Below, in pieces: positions 37,440 to 50,449 of a stretch of 64,000 nucleotides of DNA. The DNA lies in NCBI GenBank assembly GCA_011109175.1, contig RDEW01000019.1, positions 48,038 to 112,037 of the forward strand, written 5' to 3'. Numbering within the stretch: the first letter of the stretch is position 1; each line of letters begins with the position of its first letter. The position numbers and the translations under genes were made by a program. The notes beneath the pieces were generated by a model. It did no database searches. It worked only from the letters and a program-made list of their open reading frames with translations, and had not been told where the DNA came from. The DNA comes from Dicyema japonicum (lineage: Eukaryota > Animalia > Dicyemida).

Positions 37440-38220
37440 ACTCAATTTCCCAAAAATGTCAACCAAATAGGAAAATTTGACACTAATATTATCATTTCTG
37501 AATAATTTTGCATTTTCAATATCACTTTCATCAAGAAAATCTGAACTTGATTTTTGAGTTCAAACACCCTTCGAATCACTTTTGCATGAGATAGCGAGGT
37601 ACCTCACAACAATAGAAGTGATGTATAATTTGCACCCATACTTTTACACAGCTTTGCAAAAAGCTTAGCTTTTAAAGGACTGTGTTTTATGTAGTTTATA
37701 AATTTTGTGTAAAAAATATTGTTAAATTCTGGGCTTATGTTTTTTGACACAAGTGCTGTGACGCATGCAGTGCGTCCAGATAATTTCTGGTGCTCTTTTT
37801 TACAAAAGCTTAAAGACCAGATTTGTATCCTGTGCTCCGTCTGTACAAAGTCCAACAAAGTTAATCCATCCTCTGTCGTTCTCTTCAAAAATGTATCAAT
37901 TATATTAAAAATTCCATAGGGTGTGGTCCTTCCAAGTAATGTTTTGTAAAAAAAACTGATCTTCTTGTACTTTCTGAAACATATTTGACATGCAATTTTT
38001 AGATATGTCAGTCCCTTCATCAATTTGTATAGCGAATTTATTATTGTGTAGTCGAGAAACCAACTGATCACAAAAATCTTCATAAAAGTCATTAATTCTT
38101 GACTGTGTTATCAGAATGTGGTATTTGCCTTGTTTTGCCTAAGATTCGGCAAGCATCGCTTCAACCATATCGATTTCTGCTGGCTAAACTAGAGTTTCTA
38201 GATATAGTGCGGTTTCTTAC
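37440..38220 (-). mobile_element. hAT Buster (ZBED5/ZBED8-like) transposase remnant
   Basis: GRTTPYGIFNIIDTF, INYIKHSPLKAKLFAKLCKSMGANYTSLLL. Confidence 0.8.
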
Positions 38221-39264
38221 ATTTTGCAATTCTCTCAGTCAAGGAGAATTAAAAAAATGAAAAGGCCGTCGTCCGAAGGGCCCTTCTTCAGATGGGAGGT
38301 AACTAATGGTCATTTTTTGCGGTGCATTAAGTGCACCCTGAGCGCCTCCAGAACTTTTGTAACTGATAGACCACATGACGCAACGTTTTTGACCTACGAG
38401 GAAAAATAATCTGGTTCGGAATAATTTTACTTAATTTTAAAATAACAGTGACATAACATTTTCATTAAAAACCAAACAAAGCGATAGTCATGGGGGATTA
38501 AGTCATTAAAAATCTTACAGTGAGGCCTGGATTTTTTCTCAGAGAATTTCTTCCAAAAATTAACGTAATCTTCTTTCAGTCCGCGTAAATAATAACGTTT
38601 GTACTATGATTCATAGGAGCCGTAAATTTCTCATAAATATATTAAAGAGCAGCACTTAATTTTAAAAATAGTAATTGAAGCCTTTTACGGACAAATGCCA
38701 CTTGACTTATTTTTTATTGTAATGGAGGAGGTTTTAACAACATTAAAATAAAAAACATTTTTTGAGAGAAGATCATTGTTGTCGTATAAATTCCCAACAT
38801 TGTCAGATAAAAATATTCCATGAAAGCTTATCTAATCTTCCACGACCAAAGCACTTCGATTTGATTCTTGCCATTTTTTGAACAAATTAATGGTCCCAAT
38901 AAATTTAAATTTATCGACCCAGAATGCAATTTCCTTCAAGTCCGAGCATGCAAAGACAACAAGAGGGAGACTGGGATCACCTGAATTTTTCATTCTGACT
39001 ATGACGGTGTTTTTCTATAAATAATAAATAAATAGAAAAGTACAAAAAACGTCAACATTTAGCTTAAGTTTGCAAAGTTAATAATTTAAATTTTAGATAT
39101 TTCTATTTGAAAAATTTAACTAGTTTGAATTATAGTATCTATAAATAATAAATAAATAGAAAAGTACAAAAAACGTCAACATTTAGCTTAAGTTTGCAAA
39201 GTTAATAATTTAAATTTTAGATATTTCTATTTGAAAAATTTAACTAGTTTGAATTATAGTATTA

Positions 39265-40292
39265 ATGTCCGACGATGTGGTCAACCTTCAGGACGTTATA
39301 AAAAGATACAGAGAGGATCAACTCACAGCCAGGGCTCTCTTGGGGGCATGTGACGATACAAAATGTTCGTATAGTGAAGTAATTTTATTCTTACCATCTC
39401 AGTCATATGTAAACAGACAGCCAATATATTCCTGCCTCACTTGCAATTCTGGCGAACCTGCAGGGATATGTCTCGCCTGTTCCTACCACTGCCACGACGG
39501 CCATGAATTGATCGAACTTTACACCAAGAGAAACTTCCGTTGTGACTGCGGAAACAAGAAGTTCCCTACAAACTTATGCAAATTGGAGCCGGTATTTAAA
39601 TCCCTTACCAATAACAGAATAAAGATGCAGAAAACTCAGAAAATGACTACAATCACAACTTTCAGGAGAAATACTGCGTTTGTGAGTCGACCTACGACGC
39701 CAACGAGGTTTGGTCAAATTTTCATTTCCAGAGCTCTCTTATGGTACAGTGCATTATCTGTGAGGATTGGTTCCATACACAGGTATTAGCTTACGTAAAT
39801 TTGCAGCACCTGATCTGGCACGAGACTGGTTCGGACTTTGAGGATGGCCAAGAATTAGTCTGTCATCTATGCGCAGAAGCACATCCATTTCTTTATTTTT
39901 ACAAGAAAAACAGTGGATGTCCTTCTTTAACAAAGACCTTCACAGGAAAGGGAACGATTATACTGTCACCAGAGTGGAGGGATGCTACATGCACGTGTGC
40001 TAGCTGCCTAAACATGTTAAGAAATGAAAAAGTCCTATTTTTGTTGACTGATGGGGACTCGTGTCATGAATATGAGAAGAGGGGGCTGAGTTTTGAGTCG
40101 ACAAATTTAGAGCAGTGGATGGAGAATCTAGACATCTCTCAGCAACGCGCGTTATCTGGGGGGATAAAATATTTGATGGAGGAGTTGAAATCTTTTGCAG
40201 CTGACTTTGCTGAGAGTGGGGATGTTGTTACTGATGATGACGTACATGACTTCTTTGAACAGTTAATGGCTAAGAGACCACGGTTGATTTAA
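39265..40292 (+). CDS. UBR7: E3 ubiquitin ligase UBR7, 4 introns
   Basis: UBR box RQPIYSCLTC...AGICLACSYHCHDGHELIELYTKRNFRCDCGN; PHD-like MVQCIICEDWFH; C-terminal DDVHDFFEQL. Confidence 0.93.
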
Positions 40293-40728
40293 ATTTGTTT
40301 GTTTTATATTCTCTTGTGTTCTGTACAATGTTTGTTGGTCATATCCATTAGGGATGAATCATGGTGATCATATCCACGTGTGATAGAACCTCAGAAACTT
40401 CCCTACATGTCCGCCCTGGGGAGGAATAGTTTCCTCGAAACTGGACTCCTCAAATCGCTAAAGGACATTTTGGTGGTTACTCTGGTTATTTTCAGGAACT
40501 ACATTTTCGTGAAATATTCTAAACACAGCATGGGAGAAGTTAGAATAATCAAAAAGCGAGAAAATAAAAAAATTTTAAATAATAACTTAACATTTTTTGT
40601 TGAAACTCCAATATTTTATAACTTCCAATTTAATTATTTATTAGTTTATTTTTATAAAAATGTTTAAAATAAAATATCGCGCTCTGATGATAGTAGAGGT
40701 TGTGTGTCGTTTTGACGAGTAGAATCTA

Positions 40729-41450
40729 ATGGGAGATTCTTTCGAGGGCTTCAAGTCTAATTTAGATGCTGATTATTTGTCTTCTCAGAAGGAATTCAGG
40801 GAACTCATGAATAAAATAGACATTTATAATATTCCTCGGTTTTTGTCTTGGATAGAGTACAAAATATTCCAATTTAAACATATTTTCAATATCGAACAAA
40901 ATTACCAGGGTAATACTCTTTATAATTTTTGACTGTCACAATCTGACCAGAGATACTGGCCGATTACAAGCGGGGGTTAGAGCTCCAAAGATGTCAAAGA
41001 AGTCAAATTCTACTCAAAATTAGTTTATTTTGTGAAGTTTTGGTCTTTTGGAATTTTGTCTTTTAATTACTAAGTATCTTAGTGTTTAGGATACGACAAA
41101 GGTCCGGGGGTTACATGGTTGAAGGGTTCTCTAACCTTTGTTCTGCTATTAATCTCCATTCCTTCGTTAAAATGACTAGAGCTGTCCAGTGTTTGGACGA
41201 TATCAAAAGGGATAATTGGTTTTCCCCCACTTCACTGGGGCACCCATTGGAGGGTTTCTCACGATTGTGGTCCTAAATGCACCGTCTCTCTACGACCCCG
41301 GGAACTAGATAATGATTCTAAGAGTAAGATATTATTCCACAAAGCCAAAAAAAGTTTATCCCGTTACAATAGCGAATTGTCAAGAGATAGTATATTCCAA
41401 CGGTCGAGAGCCATTCTACGGGGTCTTCGAGCTGTTCCGCGATAGCATCT
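40729..41450 (+). CDS. Orphan gene candidate, copy 1 of a tandem pair
   Basis: GT-AG introns (43, 22, 25, 24 nt) join the open frames into about 210-220 aa with one hydrophobic stretch; no family recognised. Confidence 0.4.
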
Positions 41451-41850
41451 CCGATCTCAGCAGTTGCTGTCTTACCTANNNNNNNNNNNNNNNNNNNNNN
41501 NNNNNNNNNNNNNNNNNNNNNNNNNNNNNNNNNNNNNNNNNNNNNNNNNNNNNNNNNNNNNNNNNNNNNNNNNNNNNNNNNNNNNNNNNNNNNNNNNNNN
41601 NNNNNNNNNNNNNNNNNNNNNNNNNNNNNNNNNNNNNNNNNNNNNNNNNNNNNNNNNNNNNNNNNNNNNNNNNNNNNNNNNNNNNNNNNNNNNNNNNNNN
41701 NNNNNNNNNNNNNNNNNNNNNNNNNNNNNNNNNNNNNNNNNNNNNNNNNNNNNNNNNNNNNNNNNNNNNNNNNNNNNNNNNNNNNNNNNNNNNNNNNNNN
41801 NNNNNNNNNNNNNNNNNNNNNNNNNNNNNNNNNNNNNNNNNNNNNNNNNN

Positions 41851-42439
41851 AGTCAAAATATTCCAATTTAAACATATTTTCAATATCGAACAAAATTATC
41901 AGGGTAATACTTTTTATATTTTTTGACTCTGAGACTCCAACCAAAGATACTGACGGATTACAAGCGGGGGTTAGAACTCCAAAGATGTCAAAGAAGTCAA
42001 ATTCCACTCAAAATTAGTTTATTTTGTGAAGTTTTGGTCTTTTGGAATTTTGTCTTTTAATTACTAAGTATCTTAGTGTTTAGGATACGACAAAGGTCCT
42101 GGGGTTACATGGTTGAAGGGTTCTCTAACCTTTGTTCTGCTATTAATTTCCATTCCTTCGTTAAAGTGACTAGAGGTGCCCAGTGTTTGGACTATATCAA
42201 AAGGGATAATTGGTTTTCCCCCACTTCACTTGGGCACCCATTGGAGGGTTTCTCACGATTGTGGTCCTAGATGCACCGTCTCTCTACGACCATGGGAACT
42301 AGGTCATGATTCTACGAGTAAGATATTATTCCACAAAGCCAAAAAAAGTTTATCCCGTTACAATAGCGAATTGTCAAGAGATAGTATATTCCAACGGTCG
42401 AGAGCCATTCTACGGGGTTTTCGAGTTGTTCCGCGATAG
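41851..42439 (+). CDS. Orphan gene candidate, copy 2 (5' end lost in gap)
   Basis: Close homologue of copy 1, offset by 994 nt, with the same splice pattern. Confidence 0.4.
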
Positions 42440-42806
42440 CATCTCCGATCTCAGCAGTTGCTGTCCTACCTACAGTTCTAGAAAATTCAAGGGCTATTCG
42501 CGTAAACGATAACGGTGGTCCAAGCTTGAGTCTTTTTCAACTACCGCATTCGGGGGATCTGTACGATGAAACTATTCTAAGAAATTTAAGGCAGATATCC
42601 TCAAACAAATCTGTTAGTCCCAAACAAATACTAAATTAATTTGTCAACTCCTGGATATAAAGACCTCACTNGAAAACGGTGGTCCAAGCTTGAGTCTTTT
42701 TCAACTACCGCATTCGGGGGATCTGTACGATGAAACTATTCTAAGAAATTTAAGGCAGATATCCTCAAACAAATCTGTTAGTCCCAAAAAATACTGAATT
42801 AATTTG

Positions 42807-44797
42807 TTAACTCCAGGATATTGAGACCTCACTAAGTCCCGTATTTATTCCATCCACGACCAATAACTAAATTTTCTAGAAATTATATTACTTTTGCTGA
42901 TTCGTCATAAGAGTATCCTATTTTGATTCCATTCACAGTTACTGATCTTTTAGGCATTGTTACCCCGTTTATTTCAACGGTTTTCAAAATTAGTGACCTT
43001 GACTCGACTGGTCTCACAAGACTGCTAGTTAGGGAGTACTAAATTATCAGGATATCTTTCACTTTACTCCCATTACATCTGAGAGAAAATTTGTGTAAGC
43101 TATATTGTCTGCTTTCATAAGTTTCTAGAATATTAAAGTTCCGCAAACCGAAAGAGACTCCATCATTCCAGAAAAATTCTCCACTTGCGAGTTCTCCGCC
43201 ACAGAGATCACTGCTAGCACAGACTAGTAAACTGAAAGGATTACTTCGACTAAATTAAAGATTACTGTGATATCAACCTTTGTTTTGTCCTCATGGCAGG
43301 TGTTTGAACAGAAATTATTTTCCCACCATAAACATGAATGTTGATTTTATCAATTGTGGTATCAATTTCTAGGAATTGTCCCCTCGAATAAAACTGGGTT
43401 TTCTCGTGAAAGTAGTCGTACCTCATCCCCTTTGGAAAATACCCAACGACAGTGGCGTATTCCTATTGGTAAGTAAACATATAACGAATGCAGGGGAAAA
43501 TAGAATAGCCGACCCCCAAGTGAACTGTTCCTCAACGTCGTACGTGTTGACATCATCGTACCACCTAAAGTGAAGTGAAATTGTAACTTCATAAAAAGAG
43601 GTTGAATAACAGGAGTCCCAAACACATTAGATTGATAAAACAAGGTATATAAATATGGAAGTAACTTATATCTCTCCAATATCATTTTTTTGGCGACCCA
43701 AGTCATCCTTGGACTGAAGGCAAATGGAGTTTTGTCCTTGAGTTACTCGACAAGCTACAGCATGATCCGCATGACTTCTCATAAATGGATAGAATGCCCC
43801 AAACAGGTACCACCTCGTACAAAGCTCTTCCGTTGCTGGTTCTGCAAATCCACAAATGTCTCCCCCAGTCATAGATATCCCAAACATATTCGATCGAATC
43901 ATCGCTAAATTAGCTACCCTCTCATACCAGAAATTGAATTCTTCATGTCGTAAAATGTAGAAACTGAGTCACCACTCCATGTCCCTGAGAAATAGCCATG
44001 AGTCACAAAACTCGACCTCGAGATAATGAACGGTCTCTCGTATGGTCTTATTTTTCTCAAAGCCCTTGAATTACAAAATATAAGGGTAACTCGAAGGTAT
44101 CTTTAGCTTGGAGAGTCGCGTACACACTGTGAACGTCATATTGTATTCCATCACCATGAATCGCATCCATACATATGGTTTTGGTATACAAGTTCGAGTA
44201 GAACATGTCTATATTAGAAATATGGAGTCACTCTGTGGGATGTATGGGGGGTAGTTGTACTTTCCAAAGTCACAAGGCTGCGAAAAGCTTGAGGGGTCGT
44301 TCATATCCTTGACTAAAATTTAGTTCTTACAATCCAAATTCCATCAAATTTGACAGTTTTATGAAATTTTTCCATCTCAAAAGTCCAGTAATCCAATCCA
44401 TTTTTTGACCCAAAATCCACATAATGACATTTTCCTGGCCAAACCTATCAACGTCCCAATACAAGTCACTTCTTGCTTTATGAAGGATTTGTTAGTTTTG
44501 TCACGAACGAAAGCATTCATTTTAACCCCGTCGCTATATGGTTGATACAATCTGTTCTCAGTAGCCACGTGAGGTTCCTGTGGTGAAATAATAAGATGTT
44601 TACGGAAATAATGATATGGTAAAGATCATCCTCGTGTAATTCCCTTGATAACTCTGGAAGATCCCCAAAGTTGTCCCACGAAAATGTGAATTGTCTGTGA
44701 TTGTCCATGTAATCAATATCAGTCCACTGTCCGTCCTATTTTAGTTTTATAATCTTAACTTGGGGAATCCCCTCTTCTTTCATTTTTTGGACGAGGN
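42807..44797 (-). CDS. GAA-like: GH31 alpha-glucosidase (GAA/MGAM/SI-like), 5' part missing, about 14 introns
   Basis: QWTDIDYMD, VWPG, nucleophile WIDMND, acid/base WSGD, GGDICGF, GAFYPFMRSH, RYKLLPYLYTLF; stops at the N join at 44798; last exon duplicated at about 42500-42670. Confidence 0.9.
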
Positions 44798-45389
44798 AGT
44801 ACGAGCTTGTGTTGGTACGAGGGAGGAGCACCAAGAAAGAATGAGGATTTTGGCGGAGCGCATCGGATCACGTGATAGTTAGTTTTGGTTTCACCGTGGT
44901 CTTGGGTGTTAAATTAAATTAAAATTAAATAGAACTAAAAAGTATGGTATAGGTGCTAAAAGAAACTTTTCATGAGACGATAAAAATAATTAACAATGCA
45001 CACTTAAAACAGTACATCTCAATCATCATTTATTTACTATTAAAAGAGTGTTGTGAGAATAATTTTATATAAGCTGTATATATTATTTCATAAATACGAA
45101 TATCGTATTAAATTTTTATTGTTAATTTAGTTACTACTTTATGCTTTACTAATATTTTAGTCAAATAACACAATTATTTAATGCAAAATTAAGTTAACAA
45201 CTACTGGCTGCTATCATAATTGACCGTATTTTCCATCACGATTTGCAAGGGCATGCGCTCAATGAGCCAACTCTTTTCTCTTTCATCATTTTTCTTCTTT
45301 GTGATGAGCGATCCGATTCTGTTTAGCAGGATCAGTAACCTGCTTCCTATGATNAAATTAAGTTAACAACTACTGGCTGCTATCATAAT

Positions 45390-45880
45390 TGAGCGTATTT
45401 CCCATCACGATTTGCAAGGGAATGCGCTCAATGAGCCAACTCCTTTCTTTCTTATCGTTTTTCTTCTATGCAATGAGCGATCCGACTCTGTTTAGCAGGA
45501 TCAGTTACCTGCTTCCTATGATTCCTGACGTTTCCACTGCGACAAGTTCAAAAATGAACTGTTCACCAAGACATGTCCATTTCTTTAACACTAGGGTCTC
45601 AGCTTTCTCCAAAACAGAGTTGGAGAGAGGTTATCGACATAGGTGCCGTCCCAGGCAAAGTATTTACCACTTTCTCATAAGAAGAGAGTGGTTCCGTCCT
45701 GTTTTCGGTTGGTTTGAGCAAGTCCTTGCGACTCCAATTGGACACAAAATCCAGCAGCCTTAAGTGCCACAGCAATAACTCCGTTTATAGTGGCGTGTAT
45801 TGGAATCCTTCCAGCACTCCTCCAACAGGAATGAGCGTGAAAACCCTTCGCGTCGACCATTCCGACATATCTACACTGAT
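45390..45880 (-). mobile_element. CRE-like non-LTR 3' end (zinc knuckle plus REL)
   Basis: MVDAKGFHAHSCWRSAGRIPIHATIN...RKQDGTTL...VAVETSG...ERSWLIERI. Confidence 0.85.
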
Positions 45881-46456
45881 GTAAAATAAGTGGAAAAACA
45901 AATCATTTAACCAATCCAAACTAACTATATTAGAAAAGTTGTTAATTTACGAACTTTTAGATCAAAAGAATATTTATATTAACTATGTATCTTTATGATC
46001 CTGTTAGTTTAGTGATGAAAGGACATTTAAAGTACTTAATTTTATTTAATAGTTTATAAAAATCATTCACAAAATATAATGAAAGTAGCAGAATATTAAA
46101 GTTTGTATGAACTTTGAAAAAGTGTTTATTATAAAAATAATTCTCGTAGAATATNAATGGAAAAACAAATCATTTAACCAATCCAAACTAACTAGATTAG
46201 AAAAGTTGTTAATTTACGAACTTTTAGATCAAAAGAATATTTATATTAATTAGGTATCTTTATGATCCTGTTAGTTTAGTGATGAAAGGACATTTAAAGT
46301 ACTTAATTTTATTTAAAAGTTCATAAAAATTCATTCACAAAATATAATGAAAGTAACAGAATATTAAAGTTTGTATGAACTTTGAAAAAGTGTTTATTAT
46401 AAAAATAATTTTCGTAGAATATGTAAATGGTGGCATTATTTTTTATATTTATTTTC

Positions 46457-47410
46457 CTAACTGAAAATTTACCCAGTATTAATTAGTTTTACATTATAAG
46501 CCATACTTTCGCAAGAGTCTCGAAATCAGTCGAAACCAAAACCTGAAAAGTATTACAGTATTATTTAGTTTTACATTATAAGCTTTTCCTTATGAAGACT
46601 CTGGAAATCATTCGAAACCAAAACCTGAAATTTCGCAAGAGTCTCGAAATCAGTTGAAACCAAAGCCTGAAAAGTATTACAGTATTATTTAAATTTACAT
46701 TACAAGCTTTTCTTTCGCAAGAGTCTCGAAATCAGTTGAAACCAAAGCCTGAAAAGTATTACAGTATTATTTAGTTTTACATTATAAGCTTTTCTTTCGC
46801 AAGAGTCTCGAAATCAGTTGAAACCAAAACCTGAAAAGTATTACAGTATTATTTAGTTTTACATTATAAGCTTTTCTTTCGCAAGAGTCTCGAAATCAGT
46901 TGAAACCAAAGCCTGAAAAGTATTACAGTATTATTTAGTTTTACATTTTAAGCTTTTCTTTCGCAAGAGTCTCGAAATCAGTTGAAACCAAAACCTAAAA
47001 AGTATTACAGTATTATTTAGTTTTACATTATAAGCTTTTCCTTTTCAAGACTCTGGAAATCATTCGAAACCAAAACCTGAAAAGTATTACAGTATTATTT
47101 AAATTTACATTACAAGCTTTTCTTTCGCAAGAGTCTCGAAATCAGTTGAAACCAAAACCTGAAAAGTATTACAGTATTATTTAAATTTACATTACAAGCT
47201 TTTCTTTCGCAAGAGTCTCGAAATCAGTTGAAACCAAAGCCTGAAAAGTATTACAGTATTATTTAGTTTTACATTTTAAGCTTTTCTTTCGCAAGAGTCT
47301 CGAAATCAGTTGAAACCAAAACCTGAAAAGTATTACAGTATTATTTAAATTTACATTTTAAGCTTTTCTTTCGCAAGAGTCTCAAAATCAGTTGAATAAA
47401 AAACCTGAAA
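46457..47410. repeat. 82-bp tandem repeat array, about 11.5 units
   Basis: Unit TTCGCAAGAGTCTCGAAATCAGTTGAAACCAAA(G/A)CCTGAAAAGTATTACAGTATTATTTA(G/A)(T/A)TTTACATT(A/T)(T/C)AAGCTTTTCT; starts at 46632, 46714, 46796, 46878, 46960 ... 47370. Confidence 0.97.
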
Positions 47411-47599
47411 ATAATTTGAGAGATGAGCAGTCGGTAGAAAGTAAATTGGAAATTTCTTAAATTAATAATCTAATTGCACAATAACAATCTTATCTAACAG
47501 TTAATACTATCGTAAATTTATTTTCTATTAGTAAAATAATCAGTAGGCACAGATATCTTTCCCCAGTCAAGATTTAAGACTAAGCGCTGAAAACGAGGC

Positions 47600-47916
47600 T
47601 ATCAGGATGAACCGTAAAAAGAGAAGAGGGGGTGGACTATTAACTCTATTCAAAAAGAACCTGAAATGCAGAGACATTACTTCGGAAGTGAGGAAACTTG
47701 TTGGAAATGACGAGGTTACTGGTTACTGAGGCAATTGGAATCTCGCTTGGGACAACAAAAGGAAGTCTGTGCCTCGTGAATATCTACTTGCCTCCTCCCG
47801 GCTCCTGCCCAAAGGACTATGTTATTCCAAACCTATCAAGATTGGCTATCTACAATGAGATCATATGTGGAGATTTAAACTCAAAGCACCCATTATGGTT
47901 GTCAACCCAACAGGCC
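47600..47916 (+). mobile_element. LINE AP-endonuclease fragment
   Basis: GGLLTLFKK...LVNIYLPP...IICGDLNSKHPLW. Confidence 0.85.
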
Positions 47917-48197
47917 NACGACAGCGTCTCCACTAGATTCTATGTCGTTGTACTCGAGACGAGTGGAGTCTTCTTGCTTAAGACGGTTTTTTCAGAAATC
48001 GCTTGTGTCAATTATATAGAAAGTTTGTAACGAGCGTAGGGAAACTACGTGTCTGTTCCAAAAAATCAAGGTAAACAGTTGGATTATTTTGATTGTTCTG
48101 TTACGTAATAAATTCTCTTATTATCAATTAAAATTCTGTAATTACTAATACAACTGAAAAAAACGTATTTTGTCATTTTCGTGTATAAAATTAAAAA

Positions 48198-48420
48198 ATA
48201 GTTAGTACTGGATGAACGTCTGATGACATCGGATCAGAAGGTCTTGGGTTCAGATCCGAAAGATGGAGTTTTCATCAAAGGTAAATTTTTTTTGCAAGAT
48301 ACAGTTGTTAAAAGGGATCTTCCTACCTTCTCCTTGACCAAATAATCTGGTGAAGATTACATTATGAAAACTATTCCGCTAAGAATGAAGTGATGTCTGC
48401 GATGGTTGGAAGTGTGCTTT
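48198..48420 (+). mobile_element. SINE-B, tRNA-Arg-like head
   Basis: TGGATGAACGTCTGA...TCGGATCAGAAGGTCTTGGGTTCAGATCC resembles tRNA-Arg(TCG); body homologous to 60485-60680. Confidence 0.65.
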
Positions 48421-49139
48421 TCATTGTAGAATAAACACTTTCATCATAGCTATGGATGATTTCATAAAAATCTAGAATTTCGTCGTTCAAAAAGTAGTTT
48501 GTAACTATCTAATAAGCGTTTGGTTACATCTCACCACTTGGTCCTGGGACAATGATCAAAATTTCTCAAAGACTTCAAATGGATTCAGTGGATTTAAGAA
48601 GACGGGTCACGGAAAACGATGATTTTCAAGAAAGATTTCTTAAGAAATGTTTTTTATTGTTTTGGACCTCCGCTAATTCTAGTCTGATAAGGGGAATGCA
48701 TCTGAAAACGATCTATAAATTTCCTATGCGAAGAATGTTCTCCAAAAGTTTAATCGACCAGAATTCTAGCACAGATCCATTGTTCAGAACATGGGATTTC
48801 TAATGTCCNTCAAATGGATTCAGTGGATTTAAGAAGACGGGTCACGGAAAACGATGATTTTCAAGAAAGATTTCTTAAGAAATGTTTTTTATTGTTTTGG
48901 ACCTCCGCTAATTCTACTCTGATAAGGGGAAGGCATCTAAAAACGATCTATAATTTTTTTATGCTAAAAATGTTCTCCAAAAGTTTAATCGACCAGAATT
49001 TTAGCACAGATCCATTGTTCAGAACATAGGATTTCTAATGTCCCAGAGACCGTCACCTCGTGCATTCTCACGAGAAAAGACTAGGATGTTCATCTATCGT
49101 GGAGCTAAGTAGACATTCTATGCAGTAGAAGTGACCACC

Positions 49140-49400
49140 ACTAATTTTATTATTATACGCATTCGCAATAAGAAAGTTATACTCTTCCCGTCTCTTGAGC
49201 CACCCCCGCCACCCGGGTTATTTCCCCACGCTTTTCTAGATTTTTTGAAGACTGTCTAGATCATCCACGTCTTCTAATTCTATTTTAACATTTTTTGATC
49301 GATGTTGACTATTGATTGCAACATTCAACGTTAGAGGAATTTCCTCCCCACAACGAACACAGGTGACCGAGGACTTCAGTTGTTATGAAGTTTCAGTCAT
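49140..49400 (-). mobile_element. RTE-like LINE 3' fragment
   Basis: Nucleotide homology to 29100-29220 (GTCTAGATCATC core). Confidence 0.55.
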
Positions 49401-49879
49401 TTGTCTCCAAGAAACCAAGTTAAACTAATAACATCAAAGTTAACAAACAAAATCTTTTATTAACCAACAAAAAATCACTTCCTAGCAGTCATTTTCGTAT
49501 AATTCTTCTGGCGAAGAGTAGTACGACGTGTATTGCGACGAAGGGGGCTGAAAATTGGACAAAGTCACCTAAATTTACAAAAATGATGCTTACTTTCTTT
49601 GATTCCAACATGGCGTGTCTAAAATAACAAATTTGCTTACATCAATATGGCAGTGGTCACAACCACATACAACAAAGCGAACCCCAANACAAATTTGCTT
49701 ACATCAATAAGGCAGTGGTCACAACCACAAATAACAAAGCGAACCCCAATGTTATGTACAGGCCCACCAGTCTTAGTGCTGGAAATAATATCCGTTTTAA
49801 ATACTAATTTTAGTGGTCTGATTTTCTGGGGGTTGTTCTGTACTGTTTTGTCTATTACTTTTGACTAAAATTAGAAGTA

Positions 49880-50340
49880 ACAACAAATTCATGAATTAAT
49901 TTGAAATAATGGATTTCCGGTTATTCTTAACATACTGTTGATTGTGTCGTCATGGTCGTTGCTTTTCTGTTTTTTTAATGGAAACTTGGTGGAGGCTCTT
50001 TGAAGAGAATTTCTCATCCTACGTTTCTCGATTCTATGCACGACTAAAGACCATATACCGATGTTCCTGGATGAGGATCTGGGAAAAACTGCAAGGCTTC
50101 TCAGAGAAGGAGAGGAATCGGATGTAATACCAGAAATTGGTTTAGCACAGCTTCCCTCTCGGAAGTGGACGTATTCTTTGTAAATATCACGTCTATCCTT
50201 ATTCACCATCATCAGGACCTCTCGGCTGAATTAGCTAAGAGAGAATCCTATAGGACGCTAGGCATCGGGCATCTCCTGAGATAGGACCATCTTATAATGT
50301 CTCCAAGGAACTGAAGAAAGAAAAGAGTTGATCAGAAACC
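49880..50340 (-). mobile_element. R4/NeSL-like REL endonuclease remnant
   Basis: Degenerate RPD...NKDRRDIYK and LQRA motifs; low similarity. Confidence 0.35.
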
Positions 50341-50449
50341 TTCCACCAAGTAGGTAACTGGGTGAGATTCTTAATATTTATAAATTGTCGAATGTTCTTA
50401 ATACACAATATTTTTTAATATTATTAAGGATCCTTAAGGGGGATAGGAT

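Noticed and set aside
46457-47410. CRISPR-like regular array
   Set aside because: Units are contiguous near-identical repeats with no unique spacers, no cas genes, and the context is eukaryotic.
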